Numbered from the stretch's first letter, positions 1-9,024 are shown. The stretch: 64,000 nucleotides of DNA from an uncultured Planctomycetota bacterium (GCA_964409935.1 CAYPFP010000010.1:376-64375); one strand, 5' to 3'. A program made the numbers and translations. Notes: generated by a model not told the origin, from the letters alone.

Positions 1-462
1 TAGGTCGCCAAGCGCCACCCCCGACTCGTTCCCCCTGTTAAGGATGTGGCCAACTTCAACTGGAAGTAAGTGGCGAGCGTGGTAGGAGACGACCGGGAGC
101 TTTCGCACCGCTGTCGTAAATGAGAACGACGTAGCCGTGTGCTCGAAGGTTCCGAGCATGCGCACCTTGTACGTGTAGCTAAACATTTTCTGCTTGTCGC
201 GGTCGGAGATCTCGCGCTCGGCGATTCGCGCATAGTGGACAGCGACGAGAGTCTTGTCTTGCGATCGGAAGAGGGGATCCTCGTCATAGACCTCGGCCTC
301 GACGCGCGCAAGGTACTTGGTTCCTCCTTCACTTTTCGGCGTGAGGACGATGAAGTCCCCCAGCTTGGGGGACGCCTTTGCGTCCTCGTACGAAGAATAG
401 ATCAGGAGCGCATCCTCCGTGGTCTTCTGGCCGTAAAGGACGCCAAAATCTTTTCGCTCCAC
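1..462 (-). CDS. herA: HerA-like ATPase, N-terminal HAS-barrel part only; the gene continues past the left window edge
   Basis: My own minus-strand translation from GTG at 462 stays open to position 1: VERKDFGVLYGQKTTEDALLIYSS..KLGDFIVLTP..KYLARVEAEVYDE..GVALGDL. The G-x-V-x-GQ-x-TT-x-EAL-I opening followed by a GDFIVL strand matches the N-terminal barrel of HerA-type ATPases. AGGGAG lies directly after the nurA stop, with about 7 nt between it and the GTG. The Walker motifs would lie outside the window. The ORF is absent from the track because it has no stop inside the window. Confidence 0.6.
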   Translation of the reverse strand, partial: MERKDFGVLYGQKTTEDALLIYSSYEDAKASPKLGDFIVLTPKSEGGTKYLARVEAEVYDEDPLFRSQDKTLVAVHYARIAEREISDRDKQKMFSYTYKVRMLGTFEHTATSFSFTTAVRKLPVVSYHARHLLPVEVGHILNRGNESGVALGDL

Positions 463-475
463 GTTGGGTCTCCCT

Positions 476-1717
476 TCAGAAGCGCGAGTGCAGGTCTATG
501 AAAAGATTCTCGATGTCTGTGTGATCCATCTGCTGCGATGCATAGAGAGCATTCTTTACGCGAGCTATGACTTCCTTCTTGAAGTCCCCGGTCAAGGACA
601 CTAGGTTGTGGGCTTCGACCAGCGGATATGGGTAACCTAAGATGTAGTGTTCCTGCGTAGTTGCCGTGAGTGCATACATGATCTCGGAAACCAACTTTGT
701 GTCCCGTGTGAGGTCCTTGTTTGCGATTCCGGGGATGCAGTCATAGATGTTAAGGTCGCATATAAGCCAATCGTAGTTCTGAAGCTTCTCAACGTAGTCC
801 AAGCGCGCCGAAAAGAATAGACCGAACCCGCGGCCCCCAATAATGTCCTTCTTGGCGAACATATTGTTGCCACCACCCGAATAGGCAGCTTCCAGTACGT
901 CATCGCGCACCTCGAAGTAACAGCAAAGCTTCTGGCGTTTCGGGTCTGCCGCCTTGAACGGATAGCTCGGCTTTAGTTTCGACTGAAGGTAGTTATCAAT
1001 CTTGGAATAGGTATAAGCAAGTTCGGTCTTAACGGGGTTCTGCTTAGTAACGCCAACCACACGCACCCCCTTCGTGTGGAACAGATGGCCAAGCTTGACA
1101 AGGTACCCCTGCTTGATATTCAAGCTGCGAAGGGCGCCATCGCGAAGGATGAAATCACCAGCGTCCACGGAACCGTTCATGATGATGTCGCAAAGCGAGG
1201 CCCATTCGAGGACCTCCTGGCAGAAGCCGAGCAGCGTCGAACTGTTGTCAATGATTACGTCCTTTCCGTATGGAAAGACCTCCTCCGGTTTGTCACCGAA
1301 AAAGCTGATCAGCGACGCCACGACCGGCAGCGCTAGAAACTCGTCATAGATGCGGGCCAAATCATGCTCGCTGAGCACGAGCATCCTGGTGGCGTGGAAA
1401 AGCTTCCCCAACACCACCGGATCGGCACTGGTGTTCAGTCTTACTTGCTGGCCATTGCGGAAGCATACGTACCCAGCCTGGTAGAAGCACAGCGAAACTC
1501 CATTGTAAAACGTATGGCTGTTGCGGCTACCATCAATAGCGTAGAAGCGTACCTCCGGGGCGTCGATCTGGTCGAAGGGCATGATCTCGAAGATCTGTGG
1601 CGTTTCCAGGTTTTCCGGTACTCCGACGACAGGGATTTTGTAGTCCTTGTTGGTTTTCGAGTGGATCTCGGCCGCCACACCGTTGATCACATCGTCCGGG
1701 ATGCTGAATGTCTGCAT
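476..1717 (-). CDS. nurA: NurA-domain nuclease
   Basis: Track ORF 476..1747. I prefer ATG at 1717 (AAGGGA 8 nt upstream); 1747 is a TTG. The motifs FYAIDGSRN and FILRDGALRS are the two characteristic DG(S/A) motifs of NurA-family nucleases. G+C is clearly lower than in the neighbours. herA follows 13 nt downstream. Confidence 0.7.
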   Translation of the reverse strand: MQTFSIPDDVINGVAAEIHSKTNKDYKIPVVGVPENLETPQIFEIMPFDQIDAPEVRFYAIDGSRNSHTFYNGVSLCFYQAGYVCFRNGQQVRLNTSADPVVLGKLFHATRMLVLSEHDLARIYDEFLALPVVASLISFFGDKPEEVFPYGKDVIIDNSSTLLGFCQEVLEWASLCDIIMNGSVDAGDFILRDGALRSLNIKQGYLVKLGHLFHTKGVRVVGVTKQNPVKTELAYTYSKIDNYLQSKLKPSYPFKAADPKRQKLCCYFEVRDDVLEAAYSGGGNNMFAKKDIIGGRGFGLFFSARLDYVEKLQNYDWLICDLNIYDCIPGIANKDLTRDTKLVSEIMYALTATTQEHYILGYPYPLVEAHNLVSLTGDFKKEVIARVKNALYASQQMDHTDIENLFIDLHSRF

Positions 1718-2012
1718 GTCAACGTCCCTTGTTCTGCGCTGGTTCAACGTGAACTGGACAGTCGCCTCTCACCAAGAGCAATCACGAGGTGCTGGGGCTC
1801 CGCCCCAGACCCCGGAGTTTTCTGAGGCATAGGGGGACTCTGAGCATCCGCTGAGGGCGCACAGGGAGTGGGGGAGTCGGTGGGCTCCCCCGTGACGAAT
1901 GCTCGTCGTCCCGGTCGGTTATCCCTGGCGGGGCGCTCTCCAGCGCAGCCCGCTTCCGCTTCGCCAACCGATGATAGTTTGGCCTGTTCCCTTCGTTCGG
2001 TCAAGTATTTTT

Positions 2013-2049
2013 CTACGGGCCGGCGGCAACGACGGCTCGGCCCGCCCGT
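2013..2049 (-). terminator. Candidate terminator hairpin after the lyase-like gene
   Basis: On the minus strand, directly after the TGA: ACGGGCGGGCC..GCCGCCGGCCCGT, an imperfect GC stem followed by AGAAAAATA. Confidence 0.3.
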
Positions 2050-3278
2050 CACAGGCCGCGCACCATGTACGCCTGCAAGAGGCCCGATTCGTCGGAATTG
2101 AAGAAGCCCGTCGTCCCGTCGGGCGAGAGGAAGGGGTGGATGTGGGTATCCTTCCGGCAGGTCGAGCGCGGGGTGAGGAGGTAGCGCCAGTTCTCCAGCG
2201 CCGCCTCGCCGCCGCGGCCGAACTCCGCCGCGTAAATCCTGCCGCCCCGGTCAAAGGGCTTTGAGTCGGTGATGAGGCGCTTCCCGGCGATGTCGGTGGC
2301 GAAGTGGTGGAATTGCGGACTCCTGAACCCCGCCGACAAATCTACGCGCCGGCCGCCGGGGGAGCGCAGGCCGACGTGCCCCGCATGCGGGACGCCGCGC
2401 CCCTGGATGAGCTGCGCCTCAGCCGGTTTCCGCGTGCTGGTGCTCGTGATCGCGCAGGCGCTGCGCCCGCGCCAGCATTGATGCCCCTGGCAGAACTCGT
2501 TCCCGTCGCGGCCCCACGGCAGGTTGCGGAAATCCGACCCGTCGTCGCGGACGAGGTGGATGTCCGCCCCGTCGCCGCCCACGAGCCGCGTGATGGTTCC
2601 CTGCGCGTCGGCGACGTTGTCGTGATTCTCCTGCACCATGATGTCGCGAGCTTCCGCCGCGTCGCAGGAGCGGCAGTACTGCGGGTGGATGTTGCACCAC
2701 GTCTGGCCGTGCAGCGCCAGGTTCACAGCCGCCTTCTCCAGGTTGAACACCATCAGCCCCCACGGCGCGTCCTCCGTCGTGCCATCGCCCAGAAAGGCCG
2801 CGACCGCCAGCCGCTTGCCGTCGGACGAAATCGTCGAGAGCGGATAAATCCGGCTGCACCGGAACTTGACGCCCGGCAGCGGCGTGTCCAGCGCCAGGAT
2901 CGTCCGCCGGTCGGCGCCGTCGAGGTTGACGCGCTTGAGGAGCAGGCGTCCTCCGCCAGGGACGGTTTCGTCCACGAAGTAGTAAAGGCCCTTGTCGTCG
3001 GGCGAGACCGCAGGCGCGGTGACGCCGGCCTCATGCGTCAGCGGATGCAGCGTGCCGTTGTCGGCCAGGTCGCACAGCAGGTACTGGTGGCGCGTGTCGC
3101 CCTGGATGCCGCAGTGCGCCGTCGCCGCGCGGTGAAGCACGAACCGCCGCGAGTCCGATGTGAAGATTTGCGCTTCCATATATATATGCGAACCGGGGAC
3201 GTCCGTCTCCGTGGTGAGTTGAAACACCTCGATGCCCTTGGGCGAATCGGCGTCCAGCAGGTCGGGGCGAAGTTTCAA
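2049..3278 (-). CDS. Oligogalacturonate-lyase-like beta-propeller protein (TolB-like C-terminus)
   Basis: This is the C-terminal 409 codons of track ORF 2049..3719. I set the start at TTG 3278, which is preceded by AGGAGGAGAG at 8-nt spacing. The upstream 147 codons are R/S/C-rich and overlap the divergent gene. The sequence shows the pattern FQLTTETDV..HIYMEAQIFTSDSRRFVL ... HIHPFLSPDGTTGFFNSDESG.LQAY, which is typical of this family. Confidence 0.65.
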   Translation of the reverse strand: MKLRPDLLDADSPKGIEVFQLTTETDVPGSHIYMEAQIFTSDSRRFVLHRAATAHCGIQGDTRHQYLLCDLADNGTLHPLTHEAGVTAPAVSPDDKGLYYFVDETVPGGGRLLLKRVNLDGADRRTILALDTPLPGVKFRCSRIYPLSTISSDGKRLAVAAFLGDGTTEDAPWGLMVFNLEKAAVNLALHGQTWCNIHPQYCRSCDAAEARDIMVQENHDNVADAQGTITRLVGGDGADIHLVRDDGSDFRNLPWGRDGNEFCQGHQCWRGRSACAITSTSTRKPAEAQLIQGRGVPHAGHVGLRSPGGRRVDLSAGFRSPQFHHFATDIAGKRLITDSKPFDRGGRIYAAEFGRGGEAALENWRYLLTPRSTCRKDTHIHPFLSPDGTTGFFNSDESGLLQAYMVRGL

Positions 3279-3399
3279 GCGTCTCTCCTCCTGTCGGCGG
3301 ACGGCGCGCGCCGTGCCCTTGCGGCGGTCCTGTTTGATCCCTACAATACTATGCGGGAAGGACGGGGCGTTGTCCATTGCTATTCTTCCGGAGCGCGGC

Positions 3400-4863
3400 A
3401 TGGACCCAAGACCGACGTGGCCCTCGCTGGAGAAAGTCCAGGCGCGCCTGGAGGACTGGCAGCGCCGGTTCCGGCGATGGGCCGAGCTGGGCGTCGCCGG
3501 CAGGAGCGTGCAGGGGCGGCCCGTGTATGTCGTCCGTCTGACCGACCCCGCTGCCCCCGACGAGCACAAGGAACACGCCCTTCTCACCGCGCAGCACTCC
3601 GGCCTGGAACGCTCCGGCGCCACAGGCCTCTTGTACCTGATGGAGTGGTTGCTCTCGGAAGACCCTCTCGCGCGCGACATCCTGCGCAGGCAGGTCGTCG
3701 TCTGCATGCCCGTGGTCAACCCCGACGCTTACGTCTCCGGCAGCCACTTCAACGTCAACAAGCTCGACCCCTACACCGCCTGGACCCTCGACGGTCCGAA
3801 GGACCCCGACAAACAGCCCGAAGCCGTTGCCGTGCAGAAGGTGATGGACGAGTACCAGGCCGAGACGCACGCCGATTTCCACGGCAACGACATGAGCTTC
3901 GACGGCTACGTCCACGTCGAGAATTCCGGCGCCTCGTACTCCAACCTCGCGCTGCGTCCGTACCACCGCGAGATCTGCCGCCGCATGGACGAAGCGGCCC
4001 TGGCCGAGGGTTTCCCCTCCGACATGGGCGACGACGACGCCGAGCAGGTTTACTGGGGCCCCGACCTGGAGCCGATGCGCGAGAAGACCTGGCTCGGCCG
4101 TCCCCGCGTTTACGCCGCCATCTACGGCTACCATTGTTACCACACCCTGCCCCTGGCCAGCGAGGTCGCCTGGGAGCGCAGCGGTTTTCTGCGCCACCGC
4201 GAACTCCTGAAGATCGGGAACGAGACCTGGCCCGGCGAGTATTACGCCGGCTACCCCGTGCGCGTCGTGATGAGAAACACCTTCCACATGCTGACCCCCT
4301 ACGGCCGGACGGCGGCGGCGCGCCGCCGCAGCCGCGTCGAACTGTGGCAAAAGCAGCGCCAGTTCGCGCACGGCGTCATCAATCCCCACGTCGAGGGCAT
4401 GACGCTGTATGTGTGCGCCACAAGGGCCGGTGCAGCGCGCACATGCCTGGCGGAGAACGACATCCGGAAGGTGCTCGCCCGACTCGGCGAACGCGCCGAC
4501 ATGAATCTCCAGCCGGTCCGCGAGGCTTTGGCCCGGCAGCCCGCGGGGGCCGGCCAGTGGGGCGCAAGCGTCAACCTCTGGCTGGAAAGCGGCGCCGGAA
4601 AACCCGAGGGCGACGCGCCCGTCGAGAACGGCCTGGCGCTGCGGCTGCGCATCCCCTACCCCAAGGCGCGCATCAAGTCCCTGCACATGAACGGCCATCC
4701 GGTCGCGCCTTCCGAGACCGACGGCTCTTTGACGTGGGTGGCGCGGGGGTTCACCTACGTTCAGGTCAACGTGCCGCCTGAGCGTTCAAGGACGAACGAC
4801 CTTTTCGTCGTCAGTTGCACGTACGACCCCGGCGAAAAGCGCACGCAAGGCGCGGGTTGGTGA
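3400..4863 (+). CDS. M14 (carboxypeptidase)-like metallopeptidase-fold protein, atypical first zinc motif
   Basis: ATG at 3400 inside track ORF 3232..4863, with GGAG 8 nt upstream. VYVVRLT..EHALLTAQHSGLERSG..LYLMEWLL and THADFHGN resemble the M14 zinc-ligand regions, but the first motif reads H-x-x-x-E instead of H-x-x-E. Confidence 0.55.
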   Translation: MDPRPTWPSLEKVQARLEDWQRRFRRWAELGVAGRSVQGRPVYVVRLTDPAAPDEHKEHALLTAQHSGLERSGATGLLYLMEWLLSEDPLARDILRRQVVVCMPVVNPDAYVSGSHFNVNKLDPYTAWTLDGPKDPDKQPEAVAVQKVMDEYQAETHADFHGNDMSFDGYVHVENSGASYSNLALRPYHREICRRMDEAALAEGFPSDMGDDDAEQVYWGPDLEPMREKTWLGRPRVYAAIYGYHCYHTLPLASEVAWERSGFLRHRELLKIGNETWPGEYYAGYPVRVVMRNTFHMLTPYGRTAAARRRSRVELWQKQRQFAHGVINPHVEGMTLYVCATRAGAARTCLAENDIRKVLARLGERADMNLQPVREALARQPAGAGQWGASVNLWLESGAGKPEGDAPVENGLALRLRIPYPKARIKSLHMNGHPVAPSETDGSLTWVARGFTYVQVNVPPERSRTNDLFVVSCTYDPGEKRTQGAGW

Positions 4864-4884
4864 CGCCGGAGAAAGGGAGACGTC

Positions 4885-7044
4885 ATGGTACGGAGTCGCG
4901 TGTTGCGCCTGGCCGCCGTTGCGGCCCTGGCCGTCCACCTGACAGCGACGAGCGCCGCCGCGCAACGCCTGGCGCCGACGGCGGAGAATTTTGAATGGCT
5001 CGGCAACCGCCTGGGCATCAGCCGCGAGGTCCCCAAACCGTGGACGCCCGTCGTCCTGAACGGGAGCGACGTCAGCGTCTGGGGCCGAACCATCCGCTTC
5101 GAGGGCAACCTGCTGCCCGCCCAGATCGTCAACCAGGGCGTCGAGATGTTCGCAAGCCCCTTGGCGGCGGCCGTGACGGTCGGCCACAGCCCCGTGGTTT
5201 TCGACAAGGCCGACCTGCGCGTCGAGTCAAAGCGCGACGACCAGGTGGTCTTGAAGACGACCGCGCGGCGAGACCGTCTGGAACTCGCCGCCGTCACGAC
5301 GATCGAATTCGACGGCATGATCCGCATCAAACTGACGCTGACGCCGTCCAGACCGACACCCATCGCCGCCTACCGCGTCATCCTGTCGCTGAAGAAGGAC
5401 GTCGCGAAGGTCTATGGCCGCCACCTCGAATACGACATGAAGGCCATGCGCACCGACAAGATGTCGCTGGCCGCCTGCATGCAGTACATCGCCGACAAGC
5501 CCATTCACACCGCCTTCAACCCCGAAATCTGGCTCGGCAACCGCCAGGTCGGCATTGCCTTCGCCGCCGAGACCAACGTCCAGTGGGACGTGGCCGACGA
5601 ACAGCAGGCCCTCTCGGTCATCCCCGGCGATAAGACCGTGGAACTGATCGCCGCCATCGTTGACCACCCCATAACGCTCGACGCGCCCAAGACCATTGAG
5701 TTCGCCCTGTTCCCCAACCCCCTCAAACCGACCGACACCCGCCTGCGCCGCATCCGCCTGGCGGCCGGCGGACGTATCTACCGCGCGTTCGCCGCCGGCG
5801 TGGACCGGAATCTGTACGACTATTACTCCATATCGGGCATTACCGGCGAGAGCAGCCCGATCTACGTCTCGCTGCCCTGGTCGCGCCACGACGGGGGTTA
5901 TCGGGCGTACCGCGACAAAATGAAACAGAACAACGTCAAGTACATCCCTTACGGCGCGCTGATGTACGCCAACGCCTTCCATCCGGCCGCCCGATCCTTC
6001 TACGAGAAGTGGTACGTCGAGCCTGCCGGCCAGCGGGCGCTCGGCAACTGGCTGAAATACGATGCCGGCGAATCCGAAGACCTCGGCGTCAAGGCCGGCG
6101 GCCACTGGGACGGCTACCGCGTCTGCGCGGCCGACCCGAGCTACGCCGACTTCTTCGTGTGGATGTACTGCGATGCCCTGGAGAAAGAGGACTTCGACGG
6201 CATCTACCTCGACCACGGGGAAGTCAGCCACTCGTGCCGAAACGTCAACCACCCCCACTACGAGGGCGCAACCGGCAAGGATCATAAGTTTTACTACGGC
6301 ATCTTCGCCGCGCGCGAACTGCTGAAACGCCTCTGGATCGCCGCCAAGCAGCGCAAGCCCGACCTCCTCATCATGCAGCACCAGTCGCATGCCATGAAAT
6401 GCATGGACTCCTTCATGGACGTGGTTATCACAGGCGAAGCCATGAACGTCATCTTCGCCAACAGCCCGAGCAGCGCCGCTGTCCTCAAGAACCCCGGAAC
6501 TTATGTGCCCGACTACGACAAGATTCCGACCGTCATGTTCGACTACGACTATCTCGAAAGCCTCGGCTTCCAGAACCGCATCCTGCCGCAGGTCAAATAC
6601 CTGATCGAGGATTACTGGAAACAACATCCCGTCGAGTACAAGTTTTACAGCGCCAAACTCTTTCGGTACACGCTGCTGCGGGGCATCGAGCAATGGGCCG
6701 GCGCCATGGATCAGGACGCCCTGACGGAAGCCTGGCTGGCCATGGACAAGATCGGCCGCCTCGATGCCGCCGTCGTCTTCCACCCCTACTGGGGGAATCA
6801 GGACACCGTATCGGCCAAACTGCCGACCACCCAAGTCAGCTACTATCAGCGCCCGGACAGAGTGCTCCTCCTGATCGGCAACACCGGCAAGAAAGACGTG
6901 CAGGAAACCATCACGCTAAAACTCGGCAGGAGGTTCGCGCGGGCCTCGGATGCCGTCACGGGACAGCCCGTCGAGATGAAGGGCAATGCCGTCAGCCTGA
7001 CCGTGCCCGCGGATTTGTACCGGGCCGTCCTGCTGTCACGATGA
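4885..7044 (+). CDS. Secreted glycoside-hydrolase-like protein (GH123/DUF4091-like, tentative)
   Basis: Signal peptide MVRSRVLRLAAVAALAVHLTATSAAAQ. GGAGAAAGGGAG lies upstream. Amino-acid composition is balanced (K, Y, F, N, I present), unlike the antisense ORF 5227..6834. The family call comes only from overall resemblance. Confidence 0.8.
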   Translation: MVRSRVLRLAAVAALAVHLTATSAAAQRLAPTAENFEWLGNRLGISREVPKPWTPVVLNGSDVSVWGRTIRFEGNLLPAQIVNQGVEMFASPLAAAVTVGHSPVVFDKADLRVESKRDDQVVLKTTARRDRLELAAVTTIEFDGMIRIKLTLTPSRPTPIAAYRVILSLKKDVAKVYGRHLEYDMKAMRTDKMSLAACMQYIADKPIHTAFNPEIWLGNRQVGIAFAAETNVQWDVADEQQALSVIPGDKTVELIAAIVDHPITLDAPKTIEFALFPNPLKPTDTRLRRIRLAAGGRIYRAFAAGVDRNLYDYYSISGITGESSPIYVSLPWSRHDGGYRAYRDKMKQNNVKYIPYGALMYANAFHPAARSFYEKWYVEPAGQRALGNWLKYDAGESEDLGVKAGGHWDGYRVCAADPSYADFFVWMYCDALEKEDFDGIYLDHGEVSHSCRNVNHPHYEGATGKDHKFYYGIFAARELLKRLWIAAKQRKPDLLIMQHQSHAMKCMDSFMDVVITGEAMNVIFANSPSSAAVLKNPGTYVPDYDKIPTVMFDYDYLESLGFQNRILPQVKYLIEDYWKQHPVEYKFYSAKLFRYTLLRGIEQWAGAMDQDALTEAWLAMDKIGRLDAAVVFHPYWGNQDTVSAKLPTTQVSYYQRPDRVLLLIGNTGKKDVQETITLKLGRRFARASDAVTGQPVEMKGNAVSLTVPADLYRAVLLSR

Positions 7045-7067
7045 GGGTTTGCGGTTCGGATATGACG

Positions 7068-7468
7068 TTGCCAAAGCGGACCGTAAGCCGAGTTCTGTTC
7101 CCGCGCCCGCTTGCGCGTGCGCGAGCGGCGGCCATCCATCTGGGCCGGACGTTGCCGCCCGGCTCCAACGGCCTACCCGGAAGTCATGCCCCGCTTTCGC
7201 GGGACGCGAGGCGGGCCGCCTCATCCTTCCCTATTTGGCCTTTCTCCCGGTGGGGTTTGCCGTGCCCTTTGTGTCGCCACAAAGGCGGTGAGCTCTTACC
7301 TCGCCATTTCACCATTGCCCTTCGCCGAAGCGAAGTCGGCTGTGTGTTTTCTGTGGCACTTTCCCTGGGATCGCTCCCGGTCGCCGTTAGCGACCACCGC
7401 GCCCTGCGGAGCTCGGACTTTCCTCCCCCGCCCGAAGGCGGGAGCGGTCGCCTCGTCCGCTTTGGCAA
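7068..7468 (-). ncRNA. rnpB: RNase P RNA, bacterial type A
   Basis: The minus strand reads ..GGGGGAGGAAAGTCCGAGCTCCGCAGGGC.. (P4 5' strand), GGTAAGAGCTCACC, GCAAACCCCACC, AAGGCCAAATAGGG and ACAGAACTCGGCTTA (P4 3' strand). The terminal P1 pairing is GCCAAAGCGGAC/GTCCGCTTTGGC. Ends are approximate to within a few nt. Confidence 0.93.
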
Positions 7469-7475
7469 CACTCTT

Positions 7476-7481
7476 ATTATA
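7476..7481 (-). promoter_or_regulatory. Candidate -10 box (TATAAT) for rnpB
   Basis: A perfect TATAAT on the minus strand lies 7 nt upstream of the predicted rnpB 5' end. No convincing -35 was seen. Confidence 0.3.
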
Positions 7482-7509
7482 CCCCAGAAGGGCGCCCCGC
7501 CGGCAGGCT

Positions 7510-7917
7510 TTATTTTTTTGGCCTGCGGATGAGAAGCACGGGGATGGTCGTGGCGTGGCGAACCGAGGTGGCGACGCTGCCGAGGAGAAAGTCCCTGAAC
7601 GGACCGTGCCCGTGCGTGGCCATCGCGATGAGGTCGCAGCCGAGCGCTTCGGCGTTTTGCAGGATGGCCGCAACGGGATCGCCTTTGGCCACCACCGTGG
7701 CGGATTTCACCGCAAGGGCGGCCAGCTTCTGCCGGGCCGATTCGAGATGTTCCTCGATCCTGGCCGCGCCGTCCTGACGAAGGGCGCCGGAGGTTTCGGC
7801 GACGGCGCGCAGGAGGATGACCTCGGACTGATGAATCCTGGCCAGTTGCGCGACATGTTCGAGCACCGCATCGTCAACGGGCGAGCAGTCCAGGGGCACA
7901 AGTATCTTCCTGTACAT
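7510..7917 (-). CDS. Universal stress protein (UspA family)
   Basis: MYRKILVPLDCS..., ..DLIAMATHGHGPFRDFLLGSVATSVRHATTIPVLLI is the classic USP ATP-binding G-x2-G-x9-G(S/T) region. GGAGAGG RBS. Confidence 0.9.
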   Translation of the reverse strand: MYRKILVPLDCSPVDDAVLEHVAQLARIHQSEVILLRAVAETSGALRQDGAARIEEHLESARQKLAALAVKSATVVAKGDPVAAILQNAEALGCDLIAMATHGHGPFRDFLLGSVATSVRHATTIPVLLIRRPKK

Positions 7918-8065
7918 GGGGAATGCCTCTCCGTTCCACGGTCCTGTATACCTTAATTCTCGCCCCTGAATCAGGAAAAGTCCAGCGGCTTGGAGAGGGA
8001 AAGGGGCCTGGCGGAAGGTCGGGGCGTACGGCGGGGCGGGCGCGAGCGGAAGCGGCGGGCGCGGC

Positions 8066-8842
8066 TTACGTCTTTTCCTCGGCCTCGGCCTGTTCGGGCA
8101 GGCCTTCCAGGTACAGCATGCGGCCGCAGCTCTTGCAGAAGGTCGGCTTGTCGCTGATCATGAGCGAGGCGATGGTCTGCATCGTGAGGCTCATGTAGCA
8201 GCCCTGGCAGATCCAGACCTCGGTCGCGTCGGAGGCGCGCGACTCCGGCACCCGCTTCAGGGCCATCGTCAGGGCCACGCCGTCGCGCCGGGTCAGAAGC
8301 CGTTCGTACGGCGCCAGCCACTCCGCCGGAACCTGCTGCTTGATGCGTTCGCGCTGCGCCCTCAGTTCGGCGATCTGCGCCTCGGCCGAGCGAAGCGCCT
8401 CTTCGGCCTGGCGCATGAACTCGTCGTGAGCCTTCTTGTCCTCATCAAAGCGTTGGGCCGCGGCCTGGAGTTGCCGCTTGGTGTCTTCGACTTGCGACAT
8501 GGCTTGCAGGATTTCGTCTTCCAGGCGGGACTTGTCGGCCTCTTCGGCGCCGCGTTGGGAAAGCAGCGCGCTGTACTCCTTGTTCGTCTTGACGGTGTTG
8601 AGCTGGCCCGTGATCTTCTCGATCTTGCCTTCGATCTCTTTGAGGGTCAGGTCCTTGAAGTCCACAGCCTTCTGGAGGGTGATGACGGCTTTTTTTTGCT
8701 CCTCGAGGGCGTGTTGTTTGGCCTCCAGTTCGCGGCGCTCCTCGGCGATGCGTTGAGGGTGCTCGCTACGCCTCAGCTCCAGTTCGCGGCAGCGTTTATC
8801 ATAATCCTGAAGTTCTTTAAGCAGCTCCAGTTCTTGACGCAT
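8066..8842 (-). CDS. Coiled-coil / C4 zinc-ribbon protein (COG1579-like)
   Basis: A long E/K/Q/R-rich heptad-like N-terminus is followed by WICQGC...FCKSCGR, two CxxC pairs at the C-terminus. Confidence 0.85.
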   Translation of the reverse strand: MRQELELLKELQDYDKRCRELELRRSEHPQRIAEERRELEAKQHALEEQKKAVITLQKAVDFKDLTLKEIEGKIEKITGQLNTVKTNKEYSALLSQRGAEEADKSRLEDEILQAMSQVEDTKRQLQAAAQRFDEDKKAHDEFMRQAEEALRSAEAQIAELRAQRERIKQQVPAEWLAPYERLLTRRDGVALTMALKRVPESRASDATEVWICQGCYMSLTMQTIASLMISDKPTFCKSCGRMLYLEGLPEQAEAEEKT

Positions 8843-8969
8843 GGATCAACCTCGCACTAAAAGAGCATCCGCACCGTGGTGCGGGCGCGCGCGGCGCGCA
8901 CAAGCCCTCTAATATAAGTTCTGGGCGCATGGAAGTCAAGGGAAATGGCGCGCAGGCGCGCCGAAGCCC

Positions 8970-8997
8970 TTGAGCTTTTGCCGGTTCCGGCTATAAT
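8970..8997 (+). promoter_or_regulatory. Candidate sigma70-type promoter for the BASS transporter gene
   Basis: TTGAGC - 16 nt - TATAAT, ending 27 nt upstream of the ATG at 9025. Confidence 0.4.
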
Positions 8998-9024
8998 GGT
9001 CGGACGCCCGCAAGAGGAGAGACC

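Noticed and set aside
139-501. 120-aa plus-strand ORF at the left edge
   Set aside because: It lies antisense to the open herA-like frame (1-462, minus), which has a recognisable HAS-barrel-like sequence and an RBS coupled to nurA. The plus ORF starts at a GTG and has no RBS or recognisable motif.
1750-2010. Possible tRNA or tmRNA integration target at the nurA-herA island boundary
   Set aside because: I looked on both strands for a T-arm (GGTTCGAATCC-type), a CCA-proximal acceptor stem and a cloverleaf, and found none. The GGGGGAG..CTCCCCC hairpin has the wrong loop for a T-arm.
1744-2052. 102-aa minus-strand ORF filling the nurA-lyase spacer
   Set aside because: Composition is R/P/G/A-rich and low-complexity. 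The start overlaps the lyase stop, and there is no RBS or motif. It looks like a chance ORF in GC-rich DNA.
2304-4781. 825-aa plus-strand ORF
   Set aside because: Extreme R/A/P/G composition. It is antisense to the lyase-like gene and out of frame with the M14-like gene, both of which have family motifs.
5227-6834. 535-aa minus-strand ORF
   Set aside because: A G/V/A/D/R-rich antisense shadow of the 719-aa secreted protein gene.
8947-8962. Perfect palindrome ggcgcgc-ag-gcgcgcc just upstream of the BASS promoter
   Set aside because: It consists entirely of G/C, and palindromes of this kind arise readily by chance in a genome of about 65% G+C. I noticed no second copy. It is not reported as an operator.
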